Positions 46,747-55,207 of a DNA stretch of 64,000 nt are shown in pieces. The notes beneath the pieces are model-generated. The model searched no databases. It worked only from the letters and a program-made list of their open reading frames with translations, and was not told the DNA's origin. The stretch covers positions 15,706 through 79,705 of the forward strand of contig JBFMGC010000003.1 of NCBI GenBank assembly GCA_040752815.1, given 5' to 3'. The position numbers and the translations under genes were made by a program. How positions within the stretch are numbered: the stretch's first letter is position 1; the number at the start of each line of letters is the position of its first letter. Origin of the DNA: Candidatus Zixiibacteriota bacterium (lineage in GTDB: Bacteria > Zixibacteria > MSB-5A5 > GN15 > FEB-12).

Positions 46747-47845
46747 GATCAGGTTTATAGCCCAGAAGGAACTCTACCACATCCTGCGGGATTTCCGCTC
46801 GCTGATTATTGTCATCATTATGCCGGTGATGATGATCTTCCTCTACGGCTACGCCATCAATATGGACATCGAGAGGGTCACGCTGGCGGTGGTCGACTTC
46901 GATCATACCGTCGAATCGCGCCAGTTTACGGAGCGTTTCTATCGTTCGGATTATTTCAGCAGACCCGACAGGGCCGCAGATCTGAGCGATCCGGATCGCC
47001 TGCTCCGCTCCGGCGAGGCGGCGGCAATTCTCTATATCCCGGCCGGATTTGGCCAGGCGCTCACGCGCAATGAGGATTTCGAGGTGGGGATGACAGTCGA
47101 CGGCTCCGACGCGTCGCTGGCGAGTGCGGTGCAGGCCTACTCCAACGGCGTGCTCGTGGAGTTCATGAGAGACCGCCTGCCACCCGGTTTTGAAATCCCG
47201 GGCGTGACCATATCCCAGCAGGTGCTCTACAATCCCGACTTGAAGTCATCGCACTTTCTGGTGCCGGGACTGGTGGCGGTTATCCTGATGATGATCTCGG
47301 CGCTCATGACTTCCATGACTATCGCGAGGGAGAAAGAGTCCGGCACTATGGAGCAGCTTCTCACCACGCCGGTCAAGCCGCGTGAGATCTTGATCGGCAA
47401 GCTCCTGCCGTACGTGGTGATCGCGTTCCTCGACGGCATCCTGGTGATCCTGTTTGCCAGGGTGGTTTTCGGCGTTCCGTTTGTGGGTTCGCAAACGCTG
47501 CTGCTATTTTTCGGCCTCATCTATGTGACGACGGCGCTGTCGATCGGCATTCTCATCTCATCGATTGCCAAGACTCTCCAGGAGGCCACGATGCTCGCCC
47601 AGATCGCCACCATGTTGCCCTCGGTGATGCTATCCGGGTTCATCTTCGCCATCAAGAACATGCCGTTCGTGCTCCAGGCGCTGAGCAACCTGGTAGCCGC
47701 TAAGTTCTTTGTCACCATCATACGGGGGATTATGCTCAAAGGCGCCGCTTTCACTGTGCTGGTTCCGCAGGCAGTGGCGTTGATCCTGCTCATGCTCGTG
47801 CTTATGACCGTGGCGGCCCGGAAATTCAAAACCAGGGTAGGTTGA
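46739..47845 (+). CDS. ABC-2 type permease (YbhS/YbhR-like)
   Basis: It has an N-terminal TM, a large periplasmic loop and a C-terminal 5-TM ABC-2 domain with REKESGTMEQLLTTP. Confidence 0.85.
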   Translation: MHRIRFIAQKELYHILRDFRSLIIVIIMPVMMIFLYGYAINMDIERVTLAVVDFDHTVESRQFTERFYRSDYFSRPDRAADLSDPDRLLRSGEAAAILYIPAGFGQALTRNEDFEVGMTVDGSDASLASAVQAYSNGVLVEFMRDRLPPGFEIPGVTISQQVLYNPDLKSSHFLVPGLVAVILMMISALMTSMTIAREKESGTMEQLLTTPVKPREILIGKLLPYVVIAFLDGILVILFARVVFGVPFVGSQTLLLFFGLIYVTTALSIGILISSIAKTLQEATMLAQIATMLPSVMLSGFIFAIKNMPFVLQALSNLVAAKFFVTIIRGIMLKGAAFTVLVPQAVALILLMLVLMTVAARKFKTRVG

Positions 47846-47847
47846 TT

Positions 47848-48960
47848 ATGTGGCGCGCTTATTTGGGCCTGATCCGCAAAGAGTTCATCCAGATCCGCCG
47901 CGACAAGGCGATGCTGCGGATAGTCTTTCTGATGCCGATCGTCCAGCTTCTGCTCCTTGGGTATGCGGTCAATACCGATGTCAAACTTCTCAAGACCGAC
48001 GTATACGACTACGACCGCAGCAGCCACTCGCGGGAGTTCATACGGTCGTTTGACGCCGGCGACTACTTCGTGCCGGACGAGCGACTTGTGTCGGACGAAA
48101 CCACTCCTCTCTGGGAAATGGAGGACCGTTTCCGCAAAAACGAGACCCAGATGGCGATTGTCATCCCTGAGGACTTCTCCGAAAAGCTCACGCTGGGTGA
48201 TAACATCAGGATAGGGATGATTGCCGACGGTTCCGACGCCAACGCCGCCCGCTCCGGGCTCGGCTACGCCGGGCTGATCACCCGCCAGTACAGCCAGCGA
48301 GTCACCGGCATGGAGCTGCCGCTGGAAATCCGCCATACGTTCCGCTACAATCCGGAGCTGGAGTCGGTCTACTTCATGGTGCCCGGAATCGTGGCGACCC
48401 TGCTGACCATGGTGACAATTTCCCTCACCGCGATGGGGATTGTGCGGGAGCGAGAGATGGGCACGCTGGAGCAGATCTCGGTCACACCGATCGCCGGTTA
48501 TGTGCTGCTGCTGGGCAAGATCACGACCTTTGCGCTGCTGGGTCTGGCCGAAATGATGATCGCGCTGGCGGTGGGTATCCTCTGGTTCGGTATCCCATTC
48601 GCGGGCTCGCCGCTTTTCCTGGCCCTCATGAGCGGGTTGTACCTGCTGACCACGCTCGGGCTGGGCACGTTCTTTTCGACCGTGACGTCGACCCAGCAGC
48701 AGGCGATGTTTCTCGCCTGGTTCTTCTCGATCTTCGCCATCCTGACATCAGGCTTTTTCAGCCCGATTTCCAACATGCCCGGGTGGATGCAGCGGATAAC
48801 GATGATCAACCCGATGCGCTTTTTCATGGAGGTGGTGCGCGGGATAATGATGAAAGGCTCCGGCCCGGCCGACCTGGTGCCGGAGATTATTGCCATCGCG
48901 ATATACGGTCTTGTCATCTTCAGCCTGGCCGCCGCACGCTTCCGCAAGCGGAGCGCATAG
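47848..48960 (+). CDS. ABC-2 type permease (second)
   Basis: The architecture matches the previous gene (REREMGTLEQISVTP). ATG 47848 is chosen; TTG 47842 is possible. Confidence 0.85.
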   Translation: MWRAYLGLIRKEFIQIRRDKAMLRIVFLMPIVQLLLLGYAVNTDVKLLKTDVYDYDRSSHSREFIRSFDAGDYFVPDERLVSDETTPLWEMEDRFRKNETQMAIVIPEDFSEKLTLGDNIRIGMIADGSDANAARSGLGYAGLITRQYSQRVTGMELPLEIRHTFRYNPELESVYFMVPGIVATLLTMVTISLTAMGIVREREMGTLEQISVTPIAGYVLLLGKITTFALLGLAEMMIALAVGILWFGIPFAGSPLFLALMSGLYLLTTLGLGTFFSTVTSTQQQAMFLAWFFSIFAILTSGFFSPISNMPGWMQRITMINPMRFFMEVVRGIMMKGSGPADLVPEIIAIAIYGLVIFSLAAARFRKRSA

Positions 48961-49002
48961 GGCGCGCGGGCCACGCGGGTTCGTTTCCATAACACACTAA
49001 AG

Positions 49003-49170
49003 GGTGGGCCACCGAGTAAAAGCGTAGGGCAGAATCCCACGCCGCTTCGGTGTGGTGATTCTGCCAAATCCCAAGTGGCAGAATCACTCCGTCGAAGCGC
49101 CGGAGGATTCTGCCCTACGATTGTTCACCTGTCGACCCGCTTGTGCGAGGTGGACGTCCTCGTCCACCTC
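49003..49170. repeat. REP/REPIN-like doublet plus extra hairpin
   Basis: GGTGGGCCACC occurs at 49003..49013. GTAGGGCAGAATCC (49024..49037) pairs with GATTCTGCC (49057..49065). GGCAGAATC (49077..49085) pairs with GGATTCTGCCCTAC (49105..49118). A separate perfect 10-bp hairpin, GAGGTGGACG-TCCT-CGTCCACCTC, lies at 49147..49170. Confidence 0.75.
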
Positions 49171-49311
49171 GTTCTTCACTATACGCGACGCCCGCTGGCC
49201 CCACCAGAAGTGACGGACCACTGGCCATTCCGCATCGCCCTCCACGGAACTTTTTATGCTCTTTCCGCATTATGAGAGGACCAAACGCAGAGATTAACTG
49301 AGGTTGTTCAA

Positions 49312-49794
49312 GTGTCAGATAACACTAAGCTCGATATCGGCGCCAAAGCCCCGTTGTTCAGCCTGCCGAATCAGGACGGCACCAAAGTCTCACTCAAAGA
49401 TCATGCCGGGCGCTGGCTTGTACTCTACTTCTATCCCAAAGACGACACCCCCGGCTGCACCACCGAGGCCTGCGACTTTACTTCCGGACTGATAGGATTC
49501 GAAAAGCTGGAGGCATCGGTACTTGGGGTCAGTCCCGATTCGCCCGCAAGCCACCGGGAGTTCATCGCCAAGTACAAACTCGGTTTCCCGCTCCTCTCGG
49601 ATGAAAGCAAAGAGGTGCTTGCGCAGTACGGCGCGTGGAGTAAAAAGAACATGTACGGCAAGGAGACGGTCGGAGTGATTCGCTCGACCTTTCTGATCGA
49701 CCCCGAGGGCAAGATTGCCCATACCTGGTACGGCGTTAAAGTCGAAGGTCATGCCGATAAAGTCAGAGAGAAACTGGCCGAACTGGCAGGCTGA
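49312..49794 (+). CDS. bcp: thiol peroxidase Bcp / peroxiredoxin Q
   Basis: APLFSLPNQDGTKVSLKDHAGRWLVLYFYPKDDTPGCTTEAC is present. The start is GTG, with GAGG 8 nt upstream. Confidence 0.9.
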   Translation: MSDNTKLDIGAKAPLFSLPNQDGTKVSLKDHAGRWLVLYFYPKDDTPGCTTEACDFTSGLIGFEKLEASVLGVSPDSPASHREFIAKYKLGFPLLSDESKEVLAQYGAWSKKNMYGKETVGVIRSTFLIDPEGKIAHTWYGVKVEGHADKVREKLAELAG

Positions 49795-50062
49795 TTATGA
49801 GAATTCACCGACGCACCGGCTTTGGCACTGTCTACCGTCGCCGCCAGGCGGCCATGGCGCGAAGTCGGATGGCCTGGCACATCCACCCGGGGCGACTGAA
49901 TCTGGTAAGGCTCAGGCGATCATTGTCGTGCTGCATGGACACGCCGACGGTTTAGTTAATCTAACGATCTGATCGACAGCCTCGACAAACAGACCGAATT
50001 TCATCACCGTTCACCGCGCATACCACTCGGAAACTCGTCCTGCTGCAGCTATATTAGTTTCT

Positions 50063-50968
50063 ATGCGGGTGCTTATCTCCGGATCGAGCGGTTTTATCGG
50101 GCAGGCGTTGACCGACACGCTCCTCGCCCACGGCCACGAGCCGATCGCGCTCAAACGCACGACGGGCAAGGTGTCTTCGCATACCGTAGTGTGGGAGCCG
50201 ATAGCGAGAGGCACGTGGGATTCTGACATCGGTGATGTGGACGCGGTCGTTAATCTGGCGGGCGCTAATCTCGCCGCTCGGCGCTGGTCCGCGGATTTCC
50301 AAAAGATCATTCGAGAGAGCCGCATAACCGGCACCACGCAGCTCTGCTGCCACCTCGCCTCACTAAACCGGAGACCGTCGGTGCTGATTTCGGCGTCCGC
50401 CACCGGTTACTATGGCCATCGGGGAGACGAGGTCTTGACAGAGGATTCAACACCTGGCCGCGGCTTTCTCTGTGAACTCTGTCACGAGTGGGAGTCCGCC
50501 TCTGCGCCCGCAAAAGATGCAGGCATTCGAGTGGTGAACCCACGGATCGGCGTGGTGCTGGCCAGGCACGGCGGTGCGCTCGCTAAGATGTTGCCTATTT
50601 TTAGGTTAGGTCTTGGAGGAAAGCTTGGTTCGGGCAAGCAGTGGATGAGCTGGGTCACGCTTTCGGACCTTCTAGAGATTATTCTTCGAGCTATATCCGA
50701 CCAGACCCTGTCCGGGCCGGTGAACGCCGTTGCGCCCAATCCGGTCACGAATACGGAGTTCACCAGACAGCTCGGCCATGTACTAAGAAGACCAGCTTTG
50801 TTACCGGCCCCGGCTTTTGCGCTTCGCGTAGCCTTGGGGCCGATGGCCGACGAGGCGCTGCTGTCATCGGCGCGCGTCCAACCGCAGAAACTCCAGGGTG
50901 TTAGGCACAATTTCCAACACTCTGACGTTGCCGCCGCATTGCAGAGCGTCCTGACTGCGCAGAAATAG
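50063..50968 (+). CDS. YfcH-like epimerase-family protein (TIGR01777 / SDR39U1, DUF1731 C-terminus)
   Basis: MRVLISGSSGFIGQAL and the C-terminal LLSSARVQPQKL pattern are present; the protein is 301 aa. Confidence 0.75.
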   Translation: MRVLISGSSGFIGQALTDTLLAHGHEPIALKRTTGKVSSHTVVWEPIARGTWDSDIGDVDAVVNLAGANLAARRWSADFQKIIRESRITGTTQLCCHLASLNRRPSVLISASATGYYGHRGDEVLTEDSTPGRGFLCELCHEWESASAPAKDAGIRVVNPRIGVVLARHGGALAKMLPIFRLGLGGKLGSGKQWMSWVTLSDLLEIILRAISDQTLSGPVNAVAPNPVTNTEFTRQLGHVLRRPALLPAPAFALRVALGPMADEALLSSARVQPQKLQGVRHNFQHSDVAAALQSVLTAQK

Positions 50969-51100
50969 CTTGCATCCTTCGCTCCTGCGCGCATATAAGA
51001 ACTATGTGCCGGAGGAGGATAGCTGAAGAAATCGGTTCAGGTTTCCGTACCTCCTGCCGATTAAAAATGGATAGAAGATACTGTTATCACGGAGGATGAA

Positions 51101-51301
51101 ATGAGAGCCCAAATTGGTGAGACCGCCGGCAAAGTCTGGCGGACGCTCAGTCAGCACAAAGAGGTTAGCCTGTCACAGATACCGAAACTGATCGGCGAAA
51201 AAGATACGGTGACCTACCAGGCGGTCGGCTGGCTGGCCTGCGAGGACAAGCTTCAATACCGCACCGAGCGCAACCGGACGCTGGTTTCGCTGCGGTCATA
51301 G
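51101..51301 (+). CDS. small winged-helix protein (DUF2582-like)
   Basis: The 66-aa protein has IGETAGKVWRTLSQHKEVSLSQIPKLIGEKDTVTYQAVGWLACEDKL, which matches my recollection of the DUF2582 family pattern. Confidence 0.6.
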   Translation: MRAQIGETAGKVWRTLSQHKEVSLSQIPKLIGEKDTVTYQAVGWLACEDKLQYRTERNRTLVSLRS

Positions 51302-51307
51302 GGAATT

Positions 51308-51366
51308 GTAGGTCGAAACCATAGTGATCCGGACACAATGTCGGGATGACGAGCATCCCGACCTAC
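51308..51366. repeat. REP element (GTAG-type) between convergent genes
   Basis: GTAGGTCG lies at 51308..51315, followed by the tight hairpin GTCGGGATG-ACGAG-CATCCCGAC and CTAC (51340..51366). Confidence 0.7.
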
Positions 51367-51368
51367 AA

Positions 51369-51701
51369 TCAATCCTTAAACAAATCGTCGAAACTCTTCC
51401 GGCGCGATTCCTTGTCGTCGGACCGTGACTTCATGCCGCCGGCGGTCTTGTAAACCTGCCGCACCTGGAAGAAGTCACAGAAGTTGGCTTTTTCTTTGTT
51501 GCCGACCGGATGTTCGATATTCTCGCGGCACTGGTGGCGACGAGTCGGGTCAAAGTGACGGCACCCGCGACAGCAGCGCAGATCGGTCTGGCAGTTCTGG
51601 CACTGATCGTGCCGGGTCACGCTGCCCTTGATGCCGGTTGGCCGCCCGCAACTCCAGCAGAGCAGCCCTTCTTCGCGCATTTCGCTGCCGTGAAGTGGCA
51701 T
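51369..51701 (-). CDS. Cys-rich (zinc-ribbon-like) small conserved hypothetical protein
   Basis: CWSCG...CQNCQ...CCRGCRHFD...HQC...FCDFF has spacing that suggests metal-binding ribbons. The start is ATG 51701 or 51680. The listed extension to 51959 runs through a REP cluster. Confidence 0.5.
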   Translation of the reverse strand: MPLHGSEMREEGLLCWSCGRPTGIKGSVTRHDQCQNCQTDLRCCRGCRHFDPTRRHQCRENIEHPVGNKEKANFCDFFQVRQVYKTAGGMKSRSDDKESRRKSFDDLFKD

Positions 51702-51778
51702 ACGTAAAGAATAAGTTTTGGAGACTAAGCGGTAAAGGGAAATGTCACCCTCCCAGCAGCGGGTGACGCTACAGCCTT

Positions 51779-51896
51779 GTAGGGTATAACCCGAACCCCG
51801 CTTGTCCGACCAAGGCGGGCAAGGAGGAGCGAGTGGTTCTGCCACAAAAGTGAACGGCAGAATCACTCCCGCAAAGCCGGGAGGATTCTGCCCTAC
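51779..51896. repeat. REP/REPIN-like doublet
   Basis: GTAGGG lies at 51779..51784. GGTTCTGCC (51835..51843) pairs with GGCAGAATC (51856..51864), which also pairs with GGATTCTGCCCTAC (51883..51896). It is nearly identical to 49077..49118, with compensatory stem changes. Confidence 0.75.
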
Positions 51897-51910
51897 TCCA
51901 ATCTGAAGGA

Positions 51911-52654
51911 TTATTTCTTCTTGAGCACCAGCGTCCGCATCTCGACCAGCGATACCCACGCATTTTCGTTTTGCCGCGCGAGAAACACCACCGCGTCAGC
52001 GACCTCGCTGGACAACAGGCGCGGTTTGGTCGACTTCTGGTCGAGCGGTGTGCCGCCGAAATCGGTCGCGACCGAACCGGGGGCCAGCACGCAGATTTTG
52101 ATGTTATCGTTGCGTACCTCGGCGGCGGTCGATTCGCTCAGGATATTCAGCGCCGCTTTCGACGCCGCATAGGCGGCATGTTCGGGCGCCGCCTGCTTGG
52201 CGCTCATCGACGAGATGTTTATGATCTGCCCGCCCCCCTGCTTCTTCATCAGTGGGATTAACTCGCGAAACGAAAGGAAGACCGCGCGGAGGTTCGTATT
52301 AAACGTATGATCGAACTCCTCCTGTGTGGTATCAGAGACGGCCTTCCAGTACCCGATTGCGGCGTTGTTGATGAATACGTCAATGCGCCCGTACTTGCGT
52401 ACGGCAGACGCGACGATTCTCTTAATACCCGCCGGCTTGCTGATATCAGCGGTAACAGTCAAGACGCGGCTCCTGGGCAAATCGGCGGCCTCGGCAACTT
52501 TGCCAAGACGCTCACGGTCACGCCCGCACAGCACCAGCCGGCACTTTTCGCGCGCGAAGGCGAGGGCAATCGACGCCCCGATTCCGCGTGACGCCCCGGT
52601 GATGACGACGGTTTTGTCGGCGAGGTCTCTCATGCTTACATCAAAAGGTCGCAT
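51911..52654 (-). CDS. classical short-chain dehydrogenase/reductase
   Basis: KTVVITGASRGIGASIA (TGxxxGxG), NNAA, and the YAASKAAL catalytic YxxxK are present. Confidence 0.85.
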   Translation of the reverse strand: MRPFDVSMRDLADKTVVITGASRGIGASIALAFAREKCRLVLCGRDRERLGKVAEAADLPRSRVLTVTADISKPAGIKRIVASAVRKYGRIDVFINNAAIGYWKAVSDTTQEEFDHTFNTNLRAVFLSFRELIPLMKKQGGGQIINISSMSAKQAAPEHAAYAASKAALNILSESTAAEVRNDNIKICVLAPGSVATDFGGTPLDQKSTKPRLLSSEVADAVVFLARQNENAWVSLVEMRTLVLKKK

Positions 52655-52663
52655 TCCGATTCA

Positions 52664-53349
52664 GGTAGGTCGGGTTCCGAACATAGTCCATTGGAGTGAG
52701 AAACCCGACACCCGATCACTCGCCGAACTCCCCTTCGAACTCCAGCTTATCTATTACCCCCCAGTCTCTCGTATAGAAACCACGGTCGCTCCAGGATTTC
52801 AATGTCGAGTAGGGATAGGTAAACGGGTCTTTCACTTGCCCGTGATGGACCGGATTGTAGTGAATATAGTCCAAGTGTCGATTCATATCGACCTGATCCC
52901 GTATCACGTGATCCCAGAAGCGGTTTTGCCAGACCCACCCCGCGCGCACTCTATCTCGGAACCGTCTGGAATAAGTGATCTTGAAACTGTGCATTAGCAT
53001 TGAGACGGTTGTCGAGTTGACATCGAGCAACGCGTGGAAATGCTGTGGCATCAGTACCCATGCTAAGGGAACAACCCCCGGCCACGACTCGAGGAAAAGA
53101 GACGGTAATTCCAATAAGAGTGGCTCGCGATCATAGGTGACACAGGTGATAAAGAAGACAGAACCGCTTTCTATGTAACGACGCAGCGTTTTCATGTCAT
53201 CTTCTTAGCCTACCTGAAGGCTCACGTTGCAGTTGATCGGGTTCCGCCGCCTACGTCACCGGACAAGAAACTCGACACCAAATCCTCGTCCACGTCATGT
53301 CGGGTTTCTCCCTCCAGCCCAGGGGGCGGTCGCTCGGAACCCGACCTAC
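52664..53349. mobile_element. RAYT unit: REP-associated tyrosine transposase gene flanked by inverted REPs
   Basis: The left REP is GTAGGTCGGGTTCC...AACCCGAC (52664..52708). The right REP is GTCGGGTTTC...GGAACCCGACCTAC (53299..53349). The 14-nt ends are exact reverse complements of each other. Confidence 0.8.
52716..53195 (-). CDS. REP-associated tyrosine transposase (RAYT; IS200/IS605 Y1 HUH family)
   Basis: It has the HUH motif in MPQHFHALLDV and the catalytic Tyr region HLDYIHYNPVHHG. The 159-aa size is typical of RAYTs. Confidence 0.85.
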   Translation of the reverse strand: MKTLRRYIESGSVFFITCVTYDREPLLLELPSLFLESWPGVVPLAWVLMPQHFHALLDVNSTTVSMLMHSFKITYSRRFRDRVRAGWVWQNRFWDHVIRDQVDMNRHLDYIHYNPVHHGQVKDPFTYPYSTLKSWSDRGFYTRDWGVIDKLEFEGEFGE

Positions 53350-53380
53350 GATTCTCCTTCCAGCCATGTCCCTTCGCCCC

Positions 53381-54628
53381 CTACGCCCCGTACATCTCGA
53401 TTATCTCCTGCTTGGTCTTGCCGAGGATGTCATACTTCTTTCCGACTTTCCTGAAGGCATCGAGCGCCTTATCGAGATGATGTATCTCGTGGCCCGCCGA
53501 AATCTGCGTGCGGATACGCGCCTGGCCCTGAGGCACCACCGGGAAGAAAAACCCGATTGCGTATATTCCCTCGGCATACAGATCGCGCGAGATGTCCTGA
53601 GATAGCTTGGCGTTGAACAGCATGACCGGAACGATCGGCGTGTCGCCCTCTTTCAGGATGAAACCGGCATCCAGCAGCCCCTTACGCCAGTACTCGGTGT
53701 TCTTCTCTAACTTATCGCGGCGTTCAGTGGACTTGGAGAGTATGTCCAGCACCTCGAGCACGCCCGATACGACTACCGGCGCAATCGTGTTCGAAAAGAG
53801 ATACGGCCGCGCCCGCTGACGGCACATCTCGACCAGTTCGCGCCGTCCGGAGACACAGCCGCCAGAGGCCCCGCCGAGCGCCTTGCCGAATGTTGTCGTG
53901 ATAATATCCATACGGCCGACCACGCCGTATTTCTCATGCGTGCCGCGACCGGTCCGGCCGATAAACCCGCTGGCGTGAGAATCGTCGCAGAACAGCATGG
54001 CGTCGTACTTCTCGCACAGTTCCGCCATTTTGTCAAGCGGGGCCGTGTCGCCGTCCATGGAGAAGACGCCGTCCGTGATGACCATTCTGACACGCCGATC
54101 CTTGTGTAACTGCAGCTTCTCCTCGAGATGCTCCATGTTGGCGTGCTTGAACGTATCCTGTTCGGCGCTGCACAGGCGCATGCCGTCGATAATCGACGCG
54201 TGCACGAGCCGGTCGGCGATCATCATGTCGTCCTTGGTGAGCACAGCCTCGAACACGCCGGCGTTGGCGTCCATGCACGACGGGAACAGGATCGTATCTT
54301 CCGTGCCGAGAAAAGTGGTCACTCTTTGTTCCAGTTCGTGATGAATATCCTGCGTGCCGCAGATGAAGCGCACCGAGGACATCCCGTAGCCGCGACTATC
54401 CAGTCCTTCGTGCGCTGCCTTAACTACATCGGGATGACTGGACAAACCGAGATAGTTATTGGCGCACATGTTGATGACTTTTTTGAGCGACGAACCGGTC
54501 GGGAACTCGACCTCGATGTCCGCCGCCTGCGGCGAATGAATAAACCGTTCCTGTTTGAATAGGCCGGCTGCCTGGATTCCCTTTAGTTGTTCCTGATATA
54601 TGCCACGAACCTTATCGCTGTAGCCCAC
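53381..54628 (-). CDS. kbl: glycine C-acetyltransferase (2-amino-3-ketobutyrate CoA ligase)
   Basis: It is collinear with E. coli Kbl as I recall it: GLFKQERFI, NNYLGLSSHP, SVRFICGTQD, DGVFSMDGD, DDSHASGF, GKALGGASGG, RPYLFSN, PVVPQGQARIRTQISA. Confidence 0.9.
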   Translation of the reverse strand: MGYSDKVRGIYQEQLKGIQAAGLFKQERFIHSPQAADIEVEFPTGSSLKKVINMCANNYLGLSSHPDVVKAAHEGLDSRGYGMSSVRFICGTQDIHHELEQRVTTFLGTEDTILFPSCMDANAGVFEAVLTKDDMMIADRLVHASIIDGMRLCSAEQDTFKHANMEHLEEKLQLHKDRRVRMVITDGVFSMDGDTAPLDKMAELCEKYDAMLFCDDSHASGFIGRTGRGTHEKYGVVGRMDIITTTFGKALGGASGGCVSGRRELVEMCRQRARPYLFSNTIAPVVVSGVLEVLDILSKSTERRDKLEKNTEYWRKGLLDAGFILKEGDTPIVPVMLFNAKLSQDISRDLYAEGIYAIGFFFPVVPQGQARIRTQISAGHEIHHLDKALDAFRKVGKKYDILGKTKQEIIEMYGA

Positions 54629-54688
54629 TTTCCGGCTCCTTGATTTGCCGATTTATGTCGTAACCACATCTTTCGTTTTGCGTGCACG

Positions 54689-54886
54689 AGCTGTCGGGCA
54701 GGGTCGCCCGACAGCACACCGTAACTGTCGCCAGTTATGTGCGCGGCAGACCTCCTGGTCTGCCCGCTGACCGGCCGGACGACCTGATGTCGAGAGGCAG
54801 ACGAGGACGTCTGCCGCCCACAAGAGTCTTCACCTTACGAGCCGGCAGATGGGGGCATCTGCCGGGCACTTTATGTCTGCCGCCCA
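54689..54886. repeat. tandem REP-like hairpins (GGCAGAC-loop-GTCTGCC family)
   Basis: The hairpins are GCTGTCGGGC-AGGGTC-GCCCGACAGC (54689..54714), GGCAGACC-TCCT-GGTCTGCC (54744..54763), GGCAGACG-AGGA-CGTCTGCC (54795..54814) and GGCAGATG-GGGG-CATCTGCC (54843..54862). GTCTGCCGCCCAC is repeated at 54808..54820 and 54874..54886. Confidence 0.75.
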
Positions 54887-54931
54887 CGCAATCCCGATCT
54901 ACGAACTGCCGCCCTGACTCCAGCGCAGTCA

Positions 54932-55183
54932 TCACTTCACGAACTTGTTCACCAGCGTAACGATCTTGTTTACCGAATCGAACGACTCCGGGGTCGCCTG
55001 GTCATCCGGGATGCTGATCTTGTACTTGTTCTCCAGAAACCGCTTGAGCGAAACCATGGAGAACGAATCGACTATCCCGCCAGAAATCAGCGGCGTATCG
55101 AAATCCAACTCCTCGTCCTCGTCTTCGAGGTACTCGTTCCTCACATAATCCAGAACGACCTGCTTCATGTCTTCCATTATCAT
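54932..55183 (-). CDS. acyl carrier protein (stand-alone, 83 aa)
   Basis: It is a small acidic protein with the attachment motif GGIVDSFSMVSLKRFLE. Confidence 0.8.
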   Translation of the reverse strand: MIMEDMKQVVLDYVRNEYLEDEDEELDFDTPLISGGIVDSFSMVSLKRFLENKYKISIPDDQATPESFDSVNKIVTLVNKFVK

Positions 55184-55207
55184 GCCTCTACTTGTGTATA
55201 TGTCGCC

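Noticed and set aside
48970-48990. GGGTTCGTTTCC resembling a tRNA T-arm
   Set aside because: No acceptor stem or anticodon arm can be built around it, and it sits at the edge of a REP cluster.
51702-51959. Upstream extension of the Cys-rich ORF to 196 aa
   Set aside because: The extension is translated REP hairpins (51779..51896) and overlaps the SDR gene end. The conserved-looking Cys-rich part starts at ATG 51701 or 51680.
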